Source: Lytechinus pictus
Lineage: Eukaryota
Assembly: GCF_037042905.1 (NCBI RefSeq)
Contig: NC_087261.1
Coordinates: forward strand, 9,982,001 to 10,046,000
Reading direction: 5' to 3'
Length of the DNA: 64,000 nucleotides
Position numbers and translations under genes: made by a program. The notes beneath the pieces were generated by a model. It did not search any database, had not been told where the DNA came from, and worked only from the letters and a program-made list of their open reading frames with translations. Each line of letters begins with the position of its first letter. Position 1 is the stretch's first letter. Shown piece after piece: positions 26,055-40,744 of the stretch.

Positions 26055-29000
26055 GAATTATTTTGACAAGCAAATAAGACGGATAACCCTCGTGGTATCA
26101 CTCCAAAATTGGTCACGTCACACCCCCCCCCCACGAAAATACACCCAAGAAAAAAAATGGCTTGTCATACACTTTTATAACTTGGTTATATTATGAACAT
26201 AGTTTTTATAAACAGAAGGGTTTAACAAACTGCATGTAGAACGAATAGGGTGTTTTTAAAACCAACATTCGGGTGTTGGTTATAAAAATATTCCGCAGTC
26301 GTCTATATAAAATAACGCGTAATTTAATGACCCCCCCCCCACCCGAGAGCCTCTGTCGTCACTGAGTGGGATTATGGGAAGGTCCCAGGAATAGACTTCC
26401 GTGTTGATTTCCTGTCCTCATGGTCACTGCTAAAACCCGCTTCGTTTCTCATGCTCCTTATTTCCTTTTTCAGTTTACAAACAATCCAAAACACCGGATG
26501 CAATAGACAGCTAATCATTACCTCGATGACATGTAAATTAAAAATGACGAACCCATAGAACGGATATTTCTTTGTTAATTTCAAACTGCTTAATTTGTCT
26601 ATTCCAATAAAAAAATGGAAGCCAGGCCTAATGTATATTAATGAACTTGCTTGCCTAATTGCTTTAAAGCGATTAGGAGTATTCCATAATAACCACCTAA
26701 TTATTGTACATGATTATTAGAGCATAAATGAAAATAAAATCTCATCGATGATGTGAAATGCAGTGGCAAATAAAACTATAAACTTGTATTCCATAACTGT
26801 AATTTGTATTACAGGTGGGTGTTTCACAAAGCTGTTCGTAATTTACGAGCGACTTTAAGAACGACTGGTGATCCTTTCTTGTGGTAAATGGGTATATTCA
26901 TTGGCGATGGATTGGCACGTAAGAAAGGTTCACCAGTCGTTCTTAAAATCGCTCTTAACTTACGAACAGCTTTATGAACCGGCCCCCTGAACTATTATTT
27001 CTTCAATGATTGAGATAGGTCTAATATAGATTCTTCATAAAGCCTTATAAAGGTCAATGAAAAGCAGGATCGAAATAAAAAAAAATGTCCGACGACTTTT
27101 TTAAATATATATTTTTGTTTGCGGTATTGATAATCCGAATTGATGATTAAGATATTCAATTGGAATATCAAAATTCATCGAAAACTGTATTGAACGTTTA
27201 CGTAAAGGAAATGAGGTCGTATGTAAGATTATGCAGTCCTTGAATGTTGAAAATGGAAATGAATATAGTGTTTAATGCCTCTGATTATTTGGAATTTGAC
27301 TAATTTACTATTTTTCGAAAATATTTTTGCAATCGCCTTTCGATTTACCCCCCCCTAAAAAAAAGGGGGGGGGGGATTTGAAGAAAAATTACGTTGGGCG
27401 ATGGCTCCTTGCAAACGTAGAGAAATCTTAACCATGTTATGCATTGGGTACACTTTATATTAGTGAATTTAAGATAAATCCACATCGATTTTAAACAGTG
27501 ACTAGTCGAAGTCTGGAGTCATATTTTATTCTTAAACGCTTGCATTTAATTCAGTTACGATTTACAAGTGTAAAATCTGAATGATCTCAATCTTAACCCA
27601 GAGTTTAATATCCGCAGTATCATATTTAGATTTAATTTGAATCGGTGTAATCATTGTTGAGTGTGGAAATTAACTGTCTGACTATGAGAGTGATTGTTTC
27701 GTTTAAAAATTGCTCCATTCATCGAAAATCCAATCCACACAAAAAGTCATGTAAAGACGAGTTCTTTCATTTTCATTTATCAATTCCTCTGTACTTTGTG
27801 AAATACTTTGATGAAAGCATTTCCAGCTTATTTTCATAAGTTCAAGGTCATGGACTTTCAAAGAAACCAAACGTGTAATATTCACACGACCTCAAAGTAA
27901 TTTTCGGGCAATGGTGACTTCCTAAACAACTACCTCGAAAACCACAGAGAGTCTTTTCACTTGTTTCTTGTCGGTGAATAGTCAGAAATATATATCATTG
28001 TTGAAATACAACATCGTTTATTTTCATCATCATTATCATTCTTTTTCCCCGAAAATGAAAATGTGTGGTTTGGAATCTCGCATGAATTTTCGGAGCTTCA
28101 TCTATTGTTAAAATACCATGTAGTAAAAATAAAGATAATGATCATCTACATAAATCATAAAGTGGCTAATAAACAATAGGGTAGGGAAATAACGCACGAA
28201 GGTACTAGAGGTGGCAACAATTAATTATGAGAGAACTTATTGGAAAAAATACGTGACATCATGGTAATTCTTTTAAAAGTTCATTTAAAGGAGGTTTGCT
28301 TCGTTTGTCTTCTAAACAATTATATATATATATATATTGTTATTCCGTGTATTACCATATGATTTCTCTTAATTTGCTATTATTTACATTATGTTTGTTC
28401 TGTTGCTTATTCTATGATTTGCTTTATTTGTTTTGTTTAGCAAATAAAAACTGAAGAAGGCCAGGGCCGAAAGCTTTACAACATAGTGTATACTTTGCTT
28501 CATCCTTGATTCTACTCTACTCTTCACACATATATTATAAACAATGATCAAAGCGATTGGTACATATATCAACGCCTCTCTCGTTATATATATATATATA
28601 TATATATAAATGTTCATTGCATTAATTTTGCATCACATTTCCCTCTTAAGAATTGCTCCTACCCTTTGGCTAAATAAAAACCCTATAAATACATTCCCTC
28701 CTCGACTATGTAGACATCCCCTCCTCACCCACACGCTGGTATCTTTCAACGCAGGCCTTAAAACGATGAAATTATATTTTCACCAGTAGAGCTAGAAATA
28801 CGTATATGAGTTAACCCACTCTCTACCGAGATCGTGTGGCCCCTGTAAAACCTATATATGAATTTCAGGATTCAACTAAAAAACGGTCAACAAGGTATCC
28901 TAAGGTATCCTTAGGAATAGGGAAGGTTTAGAACTGTTATTGTGTAATTGTGTCTAATTATTATTTTGTTAACCACACGCTTTTGTGTAGTATTTATCTT

Positions 29001-29633
29001 TGTTTTTAATTAATAATATTTATCATTATTGTATCATTCATTATATATATATGTCATATTATTTCTCATGTTACTTTGACTGGACCTCTAGGAAGATCAG
29101 AGCCATTATATCAATGGCTCTGAATAGATTGATCCATCCGTATATTTTCATGTTTATATATTCATATTTAATCTTATATCTTGTGCAATGTATGTTATTG
29201 TGATTTTTATACGGTAAATAAAACCAAACCAAACGAAACAATATCTCCCCAACGGACAATTAGGTCAACTCTCCTTTTCTATGCACGTTTCCCCCGTTGA
29301 AACCCCTAAGGTTAATTATTCTTTATCAAACGGAAAAAGGGAACTTATTACATCATTGGTTGCCTCACTGAATGATTTACACATAATGGTGGATTGAACC
29401 GTTTTGTGAAATTACATGAAACTTTACCGTATTTTCCACAACAGGAACTCGATGCTATTAGAACAAAAATCACATTTCAAATAAAGATTGCCAGGAAATG
29501 TTAGACTCACATAAAGCAGTTCATAATCCAGTCATCTATTTATGCATAACAGTACAAGCAAATTTATGAAACAAATCAGTAACCAAACATTGCATGTTTT
29601 CAGTCAAGTAGAATAAGCATCAAATTAACATAC

Positions 29634-29774
29634 CTTGGTTCGACTCACTCGTTGGGCCAACTCCTGTCGTGGATCCAGTGGGTTCAAGACTTGTCATATC
29701 AATGACGACCGCTGATGACGTTGGTTGGTCGTTGCTAGGTGTGGTCGCGGGAGACGCCACCGTTGTCATAACAT
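29634..29774 (-). CDS. WSC-CCP receptor exon 4, Ser/Thr/Pro-rich stalk
   Basis: tttttag| acceptor, G|gtatgt donor, 141 nt, phase 1-1; DVMTTVASPATTPSNDQPTSSAVVIDMTSLEPTGSTTGVGPTSESNQ. Confidence 0.85.
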
Positions 29775-31198
29775 CTAAAAAAACAATTTGGAATGTAATC
29801 CATGTTCAAACTTTGAAATCCGTTAATCATTCCGATAGAAAAAAAAATATAGTAGGCAATCCACATGTTAATAGAATTCTCTGCCTATATGATGAGGGCA
29901 TGAAACAAAGATGTCCGCTCTTGAAGAGACGAGGAGGGGTGCATGTTGAAAGGGGAAGGATGGTAAAGGGGTACTGGTGGGCAGGGGTGGGAGGAGGGTG
30001 TAACCTGAGCCTGAAGAGTTAGAGCAAATTGTACAAAATTATGTAGACAAGCTCGTAGAGATATGCAAATATCACCTACAAGACAGCATCGAGAGTACAA
30101 AAAGTGTATAAAGACCAGAAAAGGTGATGGAAAGTGTCCCTTAGGTGTGGGCGTGCGTGCGGAGAGAGAATGACAAGGGGGGAGGGGGAGGGGACAGGTG
30201 AAGGGGCTCCCCGTCCCCGATAATCCTTTTGACCCTAACCCCATGCTGCAACGATGAATAAGCTTACCACAAAACACCTGCACCTTGGAAAAAATCGGTC
30301 ACAGCTTCTCCAAACTTGGTCACCACTGATCTACAAAAACCGCGTATTAATCCATGCGTGCAGGTAACAATTTCTGACGAAATTGTTTGACCCACCACAT
30401 AATAACACAAAATGGCACAGAGCAAAGGTTCCAACAACTCTCTGGTTCCAACGACCAGCAGTACTTCAACTAGTGTGTAGAGTAATAATGGTATGAAAAA
30501 AGGTAATCGCAGTTCCTCTCAACATCCTGTAGTAGAGAGAAATGTGGCTGGTTGCATGAGGAAGGCGTAGCTAGGTCAACACACAATTTGGGAGCACTGT
30601 ACAAACATGATTTCCGAAGATAATATATACATTCAGGGGCCTGTTGCATAAAACCTATGCCATAAACAAAAACTCTGGCAAACAATATTATGCCTTTGAC
30701 GATAACACATTGAAAAACATTGAATAAACATTGCCTTAGTTTATTTTTTTTCTGTGCAACAGGCCCACGGTGGTAACAATACACCTTTGAGCTCGAACAT
30801 AGCACCAATTATGGTGTTACAATGGCATACAGAATGTGCTATAATAATTTCAATGTGTGTTCAACTAACACAGTGGATTCAACAGAGGTGTTAAGTTTTT
30901 GCTGTGGTTCTAACTGATGCAGGCCACTATTATAGCAGTATACATTTAAACTAAAGTCTAAGTCTACACCAACACTTAATCTCACTATGAAATAAAGAAA
31001 GATAAAACAAGCATATGACACTGAAAATTCAGCGAAGTTAGATAAACATGGTAAAGAATAACTTGCTAAAGATTTTTTTTCTCTATCTCATGAAATAATC
31101 ATTCGCAGAATGTGTAAGCGGGAGTCAGTGATAAAATCAGAAACGACAAACATTCATAATAAAATGTGATAATGAAGCTCTCTATACTAGTAAATTAA

Positions 31199-31779
31199 AG
31201 GGGAATCCAACCCAGATAAAAACTTGTTTTTAAAGGAAAAAGAAAATCAGACAAGTTGGTAGGTGAAAGTTGGGAAAATATCGGACAAACAATAAGAAAG
31301 TTAACAACTTTTAAAAGTTGTAAATATTGGTAATCATAATACCCATTGGCCGCATACGTGATGTCATAGTGATGTAAGGCAAGGACTACTCTTTCATGTA
31401 CTCCAATGCATAAAATTGCTAAATTGTCATTTTGTTAAAGAGTTTTTCTTCAAATTATATTTTTCTTTCATGAGGACATAAAACAATATACTCTTATAGA
31501 TTACTGCCTCAGGAAAATGGATACTTACTATAGGAGAATACCACATATCCCTAATAATTAAGTACATGGCCTATGGAAAGTTGTCCTTGCCCCTTGTCAT
31601 AATTTACTTACCCAGTTGCCAATTTGAAATCTAAATAGTCTTTGGAATTTTAATTTTAAAGCAGCCATAACTTTCTTATTGATTGTCCAATTTCTTTAAA
31701 ACTTTCACCATTCTGTTTTATTCATTTTCTCCTTTCTAACGGCCAACTCAACATTTTATGACCAAGGCTGGATTCCCCT
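31199..31779. mobile_element. TTAA-targeting MITE, copy 2
   Basis: Same TIRs and TTAA TSD; colinear with copy 1 but diverged. Confidence 0.88.
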
Positions 31780-32626
31780 TTAATCACAAAAAGTTGCAAT
31801 AATCATTTTACATGCTTCATGGCCAGCCGGATTCCATTCAAAGAACAAAAAAATATTAATCGGGAGGAGAAAGATCCAATTTAGATTACTTAAATACAAT
31901 AAGAAAACTGGGTGCGCGGTGTACTTTGCACCTTAAACCACGCAAAACTAACATTTCATAACTCAAATACTCTACATCCGATTTTAGAGAATTGTCAATG
32001 TTTACAAACTGTTGTTTAACTATTATTGTAATACAAATCGATGTTCACCTTCAGAATTTCATCCGAAATCTTGTGGGTCATGCTCGTCCCAAGATCCCAA
32101 GATTATATTTTATATACCCCCCAAAAAATAATAAAAGATAAAAATAAAACCCCTAATCAGGATAGAATGAAATGATTCCAGAAGTAAATATAGTAATTCG
32201 ATTTTCTGACTTATCTCAATACGAAACTTTTGTGTTGAGGGGTTATCAGTCCTTTTCATTAGAAAATATCACATAAACTCAAAATGTCATATAAACGCCA
32301 TTGTCTCATTATTACGTAATTCAATGCGTCATCCCGTATAATTTTGAAGAAAAGTGGATCCAGCCAAATTCCCTCGTTTATAAAGACTAAAAACTGGACT
32401 TATAAAATGTAAAATAATTTGAGAACACAGTGGAGATTCTGTGTTAGTATTTCCATGGTTTCAGGAGTTTTCTTGATAAAAATTATGAAAATGAAGAGGC
32501 GGCTACTGTCTACTGAATAGATTCAGTAGACAGTTATAGTGCTATGCTCTCCCATCAACTGACACGACTCCAAACCAACAGATGCTATGTCATTGACAAA
32601 AATGTAATAGTTTTTTTGTCGGCCAT

Positions 32627-32904
32627 GGCCCCGTCTTACAACAGTACAAAGAGTTACGATTGATCCGATCAACCTCAAGTATATGGAAATCCATCAATGT
32701 CATTTTACTTTCTATAGGAAATTTTCACAATGTCCTTTGGAAACAAAGAGAAGCACGCTGAGTTTTAAAGAAAACTATGAATGTATGACTACACATCATT
32801 ATCTAGAAAATATTTTACACAAACGTGTTTTTAGATGTTGACGTTGTTGGCTTTCCATAGTTGTGGTTGACTGGATCAATCGTAACTCTTTGCAAGGCGG
32901 GACC
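32627..32904. mobile_element. GGCCCCGTCTT-ended MITE (PIF/Harbinger-like ends)
   Basis: About 40-bp TIRs; second copy at 40400-40671; similar short elements near 26812-26989 and 30634-30766. Confidence 0.75.
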
Positions 32905-34861
32905 ATGAAGTCGGTTTCGTGAGTGTGGCTGTAGCATAAGTGATATACGTGGGATGAACGAATTTATAGGCCCTATTCTCGATAGGAAATTCATCAATAA
33001 TATTAACACTGTTACGGATATTTCTTATAGCTTCTCTGGTGATAAAGGAAGGCAATTGTTCCTGGCATGGCTGATAACATTCTGGGGTCACGCTACCATT
33101 GTAAACACAGACAACAGGAAGCTATTAATTTTCTTTTTGCATGTTTTGTGGCAGTGAGACTTTTCTTCCTCATTCCGTTCCCCCTATATTGCTTGTATTT
33201 CACTTTACCTTGTAATTNNNNNNNNNNNNNNNNNNNNNNNNNNNNNNNNNNNNNNNNNNNNNNNNNNNNNNNNNNNNNNNNNNNNNNNNNNNNNNNNNNN
33301 NNNNNNNNNNNNNNNNNNNNNNNNNNNNNNNNNNNNNNNNNNNNNNNGGTTATTTGCTATTTGGAGACCATAGTCAGTGATGGTAAACGTTTCAAAATTG
33401 CACCTTTCTGTCATTCTGTCATGTTCTTTGGTCCTAGGTTCAATCCCCCTTCTCTCTCCCACTATGAAAGGGAGGGGGTGCATATTCCCTGTACCCCCTT
33501 AGCGGCAATCTCCTCCCTCAAACAGGATACCGACTCACAGACAGGAGTGAGATTTGACATTTCCACTACATGGATTGCAAACGAGGCAAACGTCATTCAA
33601 AGTTGAATGACCTTCCGTTTCTCCACTTCCCTTGATGTCGCAGTCATATCGAAGAATCAGGTTAAAAATCTTCTTTTTTTCGAAGATTTTGTTAATCCAA
33701 AAATGAAATAAGGTTCAATATTCTGATGGTTAGTTGATCCGAAAACTAAATAAGATACTGTCCTATAAACGTTCGTCCGAAAACGAAAAGAGGTTTGTCC
33801 GAAAACGAAGCAAGAATCGCCAGAACAAGAAATGAGGGTCGTCCGAAAACGAAATAAGGTTCGTTATTTCGAAGGTTGGATGCATGGCCCTCGGAAGCAG
33901 GGAACGGTGCTGAAGCACCCCCAAGACTTAGCTGGGGTGCTGCTTGTACCATAGGCAGTACCCCTGGAAATCTGGTAGGTATACATGTATGGTAAATAGG
34001 AGAAATGTTATCAAAATCAGCTTCAATCTTGCAAGTCAAATTTTTCCTGGAACAACAACTTTATTTTGTATCCAAAACCATTTGTTCTTATGCTGGTCAA
34101 CTTAAACCAGCAACCTCCTGTTAAAGAAATTGTTCCCAGGGCCCTGCTTGTTTGCTTTGGATTCCATTCCGTTTGGTGTGACTGTGTTACTCTCTGACGT
34201 TATATGAATTTATGAACATAAAAACACACGAATGTACCCACCAAGAGCAAAGAGGAAACCAAGCAGACAAAGGAAATACACTTATGACTCAATTCAGAAG
34301 ATGCCCCAATGGGAATAAAATGGCATCGCAAATTATTCAGCAACAAAAGGGACCCCCTCCCCCCTTGAACCGAACCTGCAGTTGGTCTTTTCCCAACACT
34401 AAGAGCCGTGGTGACGGGATCAACGTTTGGGAGAAGAAGTAATCAGCATGATCAGTGTCGTTGCTGGAAGATCATATTGAGGGAGAATAGAACAAAGGAA
34501 ATCTAAAGGGAGAAGGAATGGGGGGGGGGGGGGTACTCATGGAGGCAGGGTAAAATAGTAGATCATGGACAAGGCCCTCTCTGGCGGGGGGGGGGGGTAT
34601 ATTACATTTAAGACGCATGCGTCAATAGCTGAGTTCTCCCATGCATGCCCTAGACCTTAGCGGATATAGGCCTATAATATTTTCAATTGGAAAAAGACAT
34701 CCGCTGAGAACCATGGTAAATGTAAACACGGCGGTAATGGCGTCACGAATAGATAGTCCATTCAAAATGGGATAAACTATATGGCGAAGATAACTCAAAT
34801 ATCAGATTAGTCAAAAGGCCTACATGTTTATCTAGCAAAGAAAATTCCTCAATTTACTTAC

Positions 34862-35401
34862 CTGGGCAAGTAAAACCTGATGTATTCCAGTATCCCAAAC
34901 TTCCACATCGGAACGTAAAACTTAAAGACACTCCATCACACACGAAATCTACGAGCGCCCCCATGGCAAAGTAGTCTAAATGTGAGGTGGTTGCTAGGGC
35001 GCCCCCAGGAGGCAAGTTCGTCTTTGCACACACCACTGGACAGTCCGTGGGTAACCACAAACCTGTGCTGTCACACTCGGTGTTATATAGATTTGTTGCA
35101 TTTCCCAAGCATGTGTACGACAACGTTTCGCCGATGACAAAGCTCTCGTTCGCCACAGACTCAAAGACCACGTACGGCAGCGGATCGGGTGGGGAGCAGC
35201 GGATTGTACAGACCGGCGGAGCACCGGACCAGTTGTTTTCTGTGCAGGTGATAGTGGATGTACCCGTTAAGGTACTAGGTGATACACAGATGGTGCTGTA
35301 GTCAAGGGTGTCGTTGATGGTGAAGTTCCTTTGGTTGACGGGTGGGTAGATGTCTTCACCGACATTGAGGTAACCCGGATGGAAGCAGTCCGATGCAGGA
35401 T
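34862..35401 (-). CDS. WSC-CCP receptor exon 3, three CCP/sushi-like domains
   Basis: 540 nt, phase 1-1, G|gtaagt donor. Three C...C...C..W..C units: CFHP...TITCTENNWSGAPPVC, CSPP...YTC...CDSTGLWLPTDC, CAKT...FVC...CGSLGYWNTSGFTC. Confidence 0.88.
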
Positions 35402-35653
35402 CTGTTGTTGGTAGATTAAAAATAGTCTTTTTTAATATTGCCCCATTTTTCTAGTTTAAGCCACCCCCTACCAAACCTGTATGTAATTTGCTCAACAATA
35501 ATCGACTTTTTGATTCACCTGAGGGAACAGAACTTTGAGAAGACCTGCCCAGTTGTACTGCATATCTTGACTTATACAGTTGACAACAGTTGTTAAGTTT
35601 ACAACATTTAAAAGATCTTAAGTCTTCAAATTTTGTTCGCCGATTATCCATAC

Positions 35654-36007
35654 CTTTTATTTCATAGACGAAAACATGAAAGCTTTCACCGCACATCTGT
35701 GTCTGGTCACCGGTACAGTTCTTGCTGCAAGCTGAGTCGGCCGGTGGCGCGCCTTTCGAATCATATGGCGCGAAAGCTCCTCCGCATAGGCACTGGCTGC
35801 CATCTTGGAGCCCAAAGTAACGTGCATTTTGGTTGGTGCATATTTGAAAACAGAGCTCAGGTGTCATGTCATTTGATTGGCAGTAAGGCTGTTTAGGAGT
35901 GCATGTGTTAATGCAAGATTGGTGAAGGGCGCCCTCGCACTGGATGAGATCTGGAAGAACATCGTATTCGAAGTTGTCGTAGAAGCAGCCTATACTGACG
36001 AACGAAG
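35654..36007 (-). CDS. WSC-CCP receptor exon 2, WSC carbohydrate-binding domain
   Basis: T-tract atag| acceptor; SIGCFYD...MTPELCFQIC...YFGLQDGSQCLCG...CSKNCTGDQTQMCGE...VYEI matches the WSC pattern; G|gtatgg donor; 354 nt, phase 1-1. Confidence 0.92.
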
Positions 36008-36164
36008 CTATAAAAAAAAAAGAATAAAAATGTTGTACATATTAAAGATCGTTCAATAATAATTATTAAAGACGTTTTCAGTCTCTTATATCATGTAAAT
36101 TTAGGAGGTTTCTTGTTGGACTTCGAAGGGTTAAAAAGGCGCTAACCCTGTAAGCATGACGAAA

Positions 36165-36665
36165 TTGAAAAATCCACAAATAATATGTCATTCATGATAC
36201 TGCAGCTCGTGAAGTTAGGGACACAATTAAAGCGAAAAGTAAAATTGAAAGAATTTACCTCAGTAAACTATAACGATATCTCAATTGAAACAGGTCGTAT
36301 AATAATGATGAATGGAGTCATTGTGCTTTGGAATTTTATTCTATATTTCTTCACAAAAAATAAACTATAATAAGAATGCATACTTCTATATTGTGCCCTT
36401 TGACATGTTCCAACTATCTATAATTTTCGTATCGTTTACACTTCAAGAATTGAAGGCACCCTAGATTATGCTTCGTGAATATTTCATGAGATTGTTCAAA
36501 ATAATGCGTTTGTGAATATATGTCTGACCGAGACAGAAATTGTCAAAATTAGTAGCCAACGTACACGTTAGAATTTACCAGACTTTGGTTAATATTGACA
36601 ATTTTTATCGGCCGGACACAATCACCAACAAATTTGTAACTTTGACCTATTCTTTTTCAGAGTGT
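36165..36665 (+). repeat. Interspersed repeat duplicated at about 39158-39640
   Basis: Colinear diverged copies (TTGAAAAATCCACAAATA...CAAGAATTGAAGGCAC...). Confidence 0.75.
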
Positions 36666-38583
36666 AGTTATGGTGATTGAGAAGGGCTAACACTGTGAAT
36701 ATTCTGTACATGACGAAACCCCGTCAACAACGACTATGAACAAACGACAGACTACTGACTTTGGTTTGCTCAAAGACTCTTTCTGATATCCACAAAGCTT
36801 TATCAACATGATCAAGGTTCCATTTCCACAGAATGGAGATCCCCTTGAAAGACTAGACCTACTAAAAAATGAAAATTGGCTTAGCCTTTCAACAGGCTCC
36901 AAGATCACTGAAATTTGTGTACTCTGTAGAATGGCTCTGGAAACAGCCGAAAGAATTCTGAAAGACACAGACTCATATTTTTTTGTCTTGCTAAAGTTTC
37001 AATGATCTTTCAGAGATATTTTATTCAACATAATTATAATCTTTCGGGCAATCTTTCTCCGGACCTTCGTCCTTCAATGATATTTAATGATCTCTCAGGG
37101 GCCTTGGAAAGATAGCAAGACTAAACAAAACCGTTGAAAGTTCATCAAGAGACCGCTGAAAGACCACTGGAAGACCATTTTCCAGGACTGTTTTGAAGCA
37201 ATTAAAAAACGTTTTGGATCCAATCGAGACCACAAACAGACAAAGGCCACTGTAGGACCGGTTGGGAATCGTGTAAGACCTCGGCGAACATGGGAAGTTC
37301 TTTGAAAGACCATTGAAAGATCAAGCAAACTACAAGTGGTCTTGCTCTCTGCGGAATGGGGTTTATCATTTCAGTTAAACTATGCTCCAAATAAGAAGCC
37401 AATTCCTGCAAACTATAATCAACATTTATTCATGACGCTTTGAAATGTGACCATATTTGATTTGCAATAATTGGCCCACGTTCACGACGTTTATCATACC
37501 TTCGTTACAAAATGTAATAATACAATTAAAAATTCCCACTACTATTAAACGGTTTTACTGCCCTTAATGGCTTGGTGATCATGATAATTTGGCATAGGGA
37601 ATAAAACAGAAAAAAATGAGGTGGAAACAATTAAAAATGAATATCCTTGAACAAAATGAGAAGATTCAATTGCCCCATTTTTCGTTTCCCTTGCTGAAAT
37701 ATTGTTTTGTTTACATTGAAAACGGTTTAATGCTTGAATAACCATGTTAGAATACGGTATGAGAGAAAAGAAAAGAGATTTAGGTCTGATGAAATGCCCT
37801 TTTAATAAGTTGTTCCTGAGGAGTAAATATAGGTCTACATGATTTAGAGTTACCCTGACATCATCTTCACACTATGATCAAGAGTGGTAAAAAAGTGACA
37901 AATTTGAAGGGGTTTATCTAAAATGCAAAGAAAGAGCGAGCGAATGGAATCACATTTATTAATCTGTCCAAGATATTTAAACTTTGAATAAACAAAAGTC
38001 AAATCAACGGTATCCGTAATGGAGTCCGATTGAAATAATTGCGAAATTTGATAGTTTTGAAAACACAATCATTAGGATTGTTATGCTTTCTTCGTTATTG
38101 CTGATGTATATTGTTGTTAAAGACAGTGTCATGATTCGCTTTTCCGTGAAAACCAGGAGGTTTCAATGGGAATTGAATTTTTCATTCATTCATTCATTCA
38201 TTCATTCATTCATTCATTCATTCATTCATTCATTCATTCATTCATTTGCATTTATTTCACCTGTACATTACAAATACATAAACAAACATGTTAACATTAT
38301 AATCACATAAACAGAATTAAATCGTGAATGTGAGGCAGCTTTAAAATGCTAAATGAACCTTACTGGTATTGGTGCTCCCAACAAGATAAAACAAATACCA
38401 AAATCTAAAAACATAATGTTAATACTTATGAAAGGTTGAAACTGGACATAGTTATAGGAAAATATTTAATGATATTATTCAGTAGATGATTTCAATCTGA
38501 TCATTTTAATTTCTTTCATTTCGATTTTCGTTTTTATTTTGTTCTATAAATCAAAGGATCGAAAATTTACAAACTTTGACTAT

Positions 38584-39052
38584 ATATGTGACCTGCCACC
38601 CCAAAACCAACAATAAGTCGACAAAAATGAATATTGAGATTTTTATTGAGCTGAAATATGTATTTCATAAGCTTTGAAATGATGTATAATATGTTAAAAT
38701 TGACCAACAATAACCATTACAAGTACTTGATTGAATGCAGAGGAAATTCAGCAAGAGTTTAAAAAATAAGGAGAAAACAAGGTTTGAAGTTAGGGGTTCA
38801 CTCAAGCATGAATGTGCATACTGTGCAATCTTAGTGAAACTTCCAAGCAGTCCGAAAAAGTAGTGTCCAAGAAACTCGTGTATCTTTTCTTTTATTAAAC
38901 TAATTCAACTTCACGACTTCAAATTTTCACAGTATGAAGAAGAAGAGTTGCTCCTTTAGATAAGCAATTTTTTCTTATTTGTGGTTTTTGGAGACTAAAT
39001 TACTATTTTGGCTATTCACAGAGAACCTGCTTACCTGTGGTAGGTCACATAT
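38584..39052. mobile_element. MITE with ATATGTGACCT...AGGTCACATAT ends
   Basis: Terminal inverted repeats in a TA-rich site. Confidence 0.7.
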
Positions 39053-40744
39053 TTACTATAAAGCAAATAGAATGATAATATTATCCATATTAACGTGTGT
39101 TTAAAATGATAATCGGCAGACTTATGTGTAACCATAATTTTACCTGTATATAACTATTTTGAAAAATCCACAAATATGCAACTGCGGCTTGCGAACACAA
39201 TTAAACCGAAAAGTAAAATTGAAAGAATTTATCTCAAGTGAACTGCGAAGATCTCTCAATCAAACCTGGGCGTATACTGTAATAATGGTGAATGGAGACT
39301 TATGGAGTCATTGTACTTTGATATTCTATTCTATATTTCTTCACAAAAATGCGAACTACAATGAGAATGCAAACTTCAATATTGTGCACTTTGAACTATC
39401 TACTTTTTGAATAGTTTACACTACAAGAATTGAAGGCACTGTAGATTATGCTCCGTGAATATTTTCAAGCATACACTCTTAATTAAAACTGGTAAAAATA
39501 ACCAATGCGTTCGTGAATATAACTGTGTATGACCGTCAAGAAAATTGCAATTTTGTTTTGATTTGGTTTGATATTGACCATTTTTATCTGTCGGACACAT
39601 ATTTCCCAACAGATTTTTTACTTTGACAATTCCCTTTTTTATAAGAGCAAAGTTATGATTATTCTTATAAGATTGAGTGCAGTACATGTTTGAATATCTT
39701 TTTATTCATTTCATATGGGTTTCATTTTCATATGAACTGCATAGAAAGCAGCGTTCATTATCTAAAGTTTATTTTCAGAATTCCTTTATGAAAAAAAAAC
39801 ATTAGTTAATCAAGATATATTAAGAAATATTTTCAATTAATAATCATCCAACTTTAATGAATATTAACATCAATATTTGCCATAATGCATACTAAAACAG
39901 AAAATACAGAACTTTATTTTCCATGATCCGGCATGAATCTTTGAAGAATAAACACATGATTTACGAATTTCTCGTAACGAATCGAACCGTATATCCTGTC
40001 CTCGCGATCAGGACTCACCACATAAGAGGATTAGCACTAAATCTAGTTAATGATGATACAAATTGAGGTCGATGAGCTAATGTCGAGATACAAATCTTAC
40101 TCAGATGGGTAGGCAAAGTATCGATAACACGTTCTGCTTGACCAGAGGAAGTCTGATTATACGTCACCAGTTATTGTGACGAGATTGATGAGGAAAATGC
40201 AGGATAAGACTAGTGACTTAATCGGCTTTCTAATCCACCGCCAATCTCTCATATTCTCATCACTTTTGCTCTTTCTCACCCATTATACGGCGATATATGC
40301 AGGTATCCTATTTAGAAGTTTTGTAAACCAAGAACTTTATACAGTTGTTAATTCTGCATTGGCTGTCACACCGTCGAAAGTGACTCGAAGCTGACTCTAG
40401 GACCCCGTCTTACGATTAATCAGATTAACCTCAACTATATGGAAATCCATCATTTTCATAATTTTTTTTCTTTAGGAAATTTGTACAATGTCCGTTGTAA
40501 ACAAAGAGAAGCGCAGAGAATTTTCAAGAAAACAATGAATGCATGAATATACATTAAATCTAGGAAATATTTTGAACAAACATACATAATACACTGATAC
40601 ATGTTGACGTTGCTGGCCGTCCATAGTTGCGATTGATCGGATCAATCGTAACTCTTTCTAAGACGGGGCCCAGACATATACTATGCTGAGATTGCTGACT
40701 AAACATGATCAAAGTCAACGTTTTGATCAGCCCTGATTGGTTTA

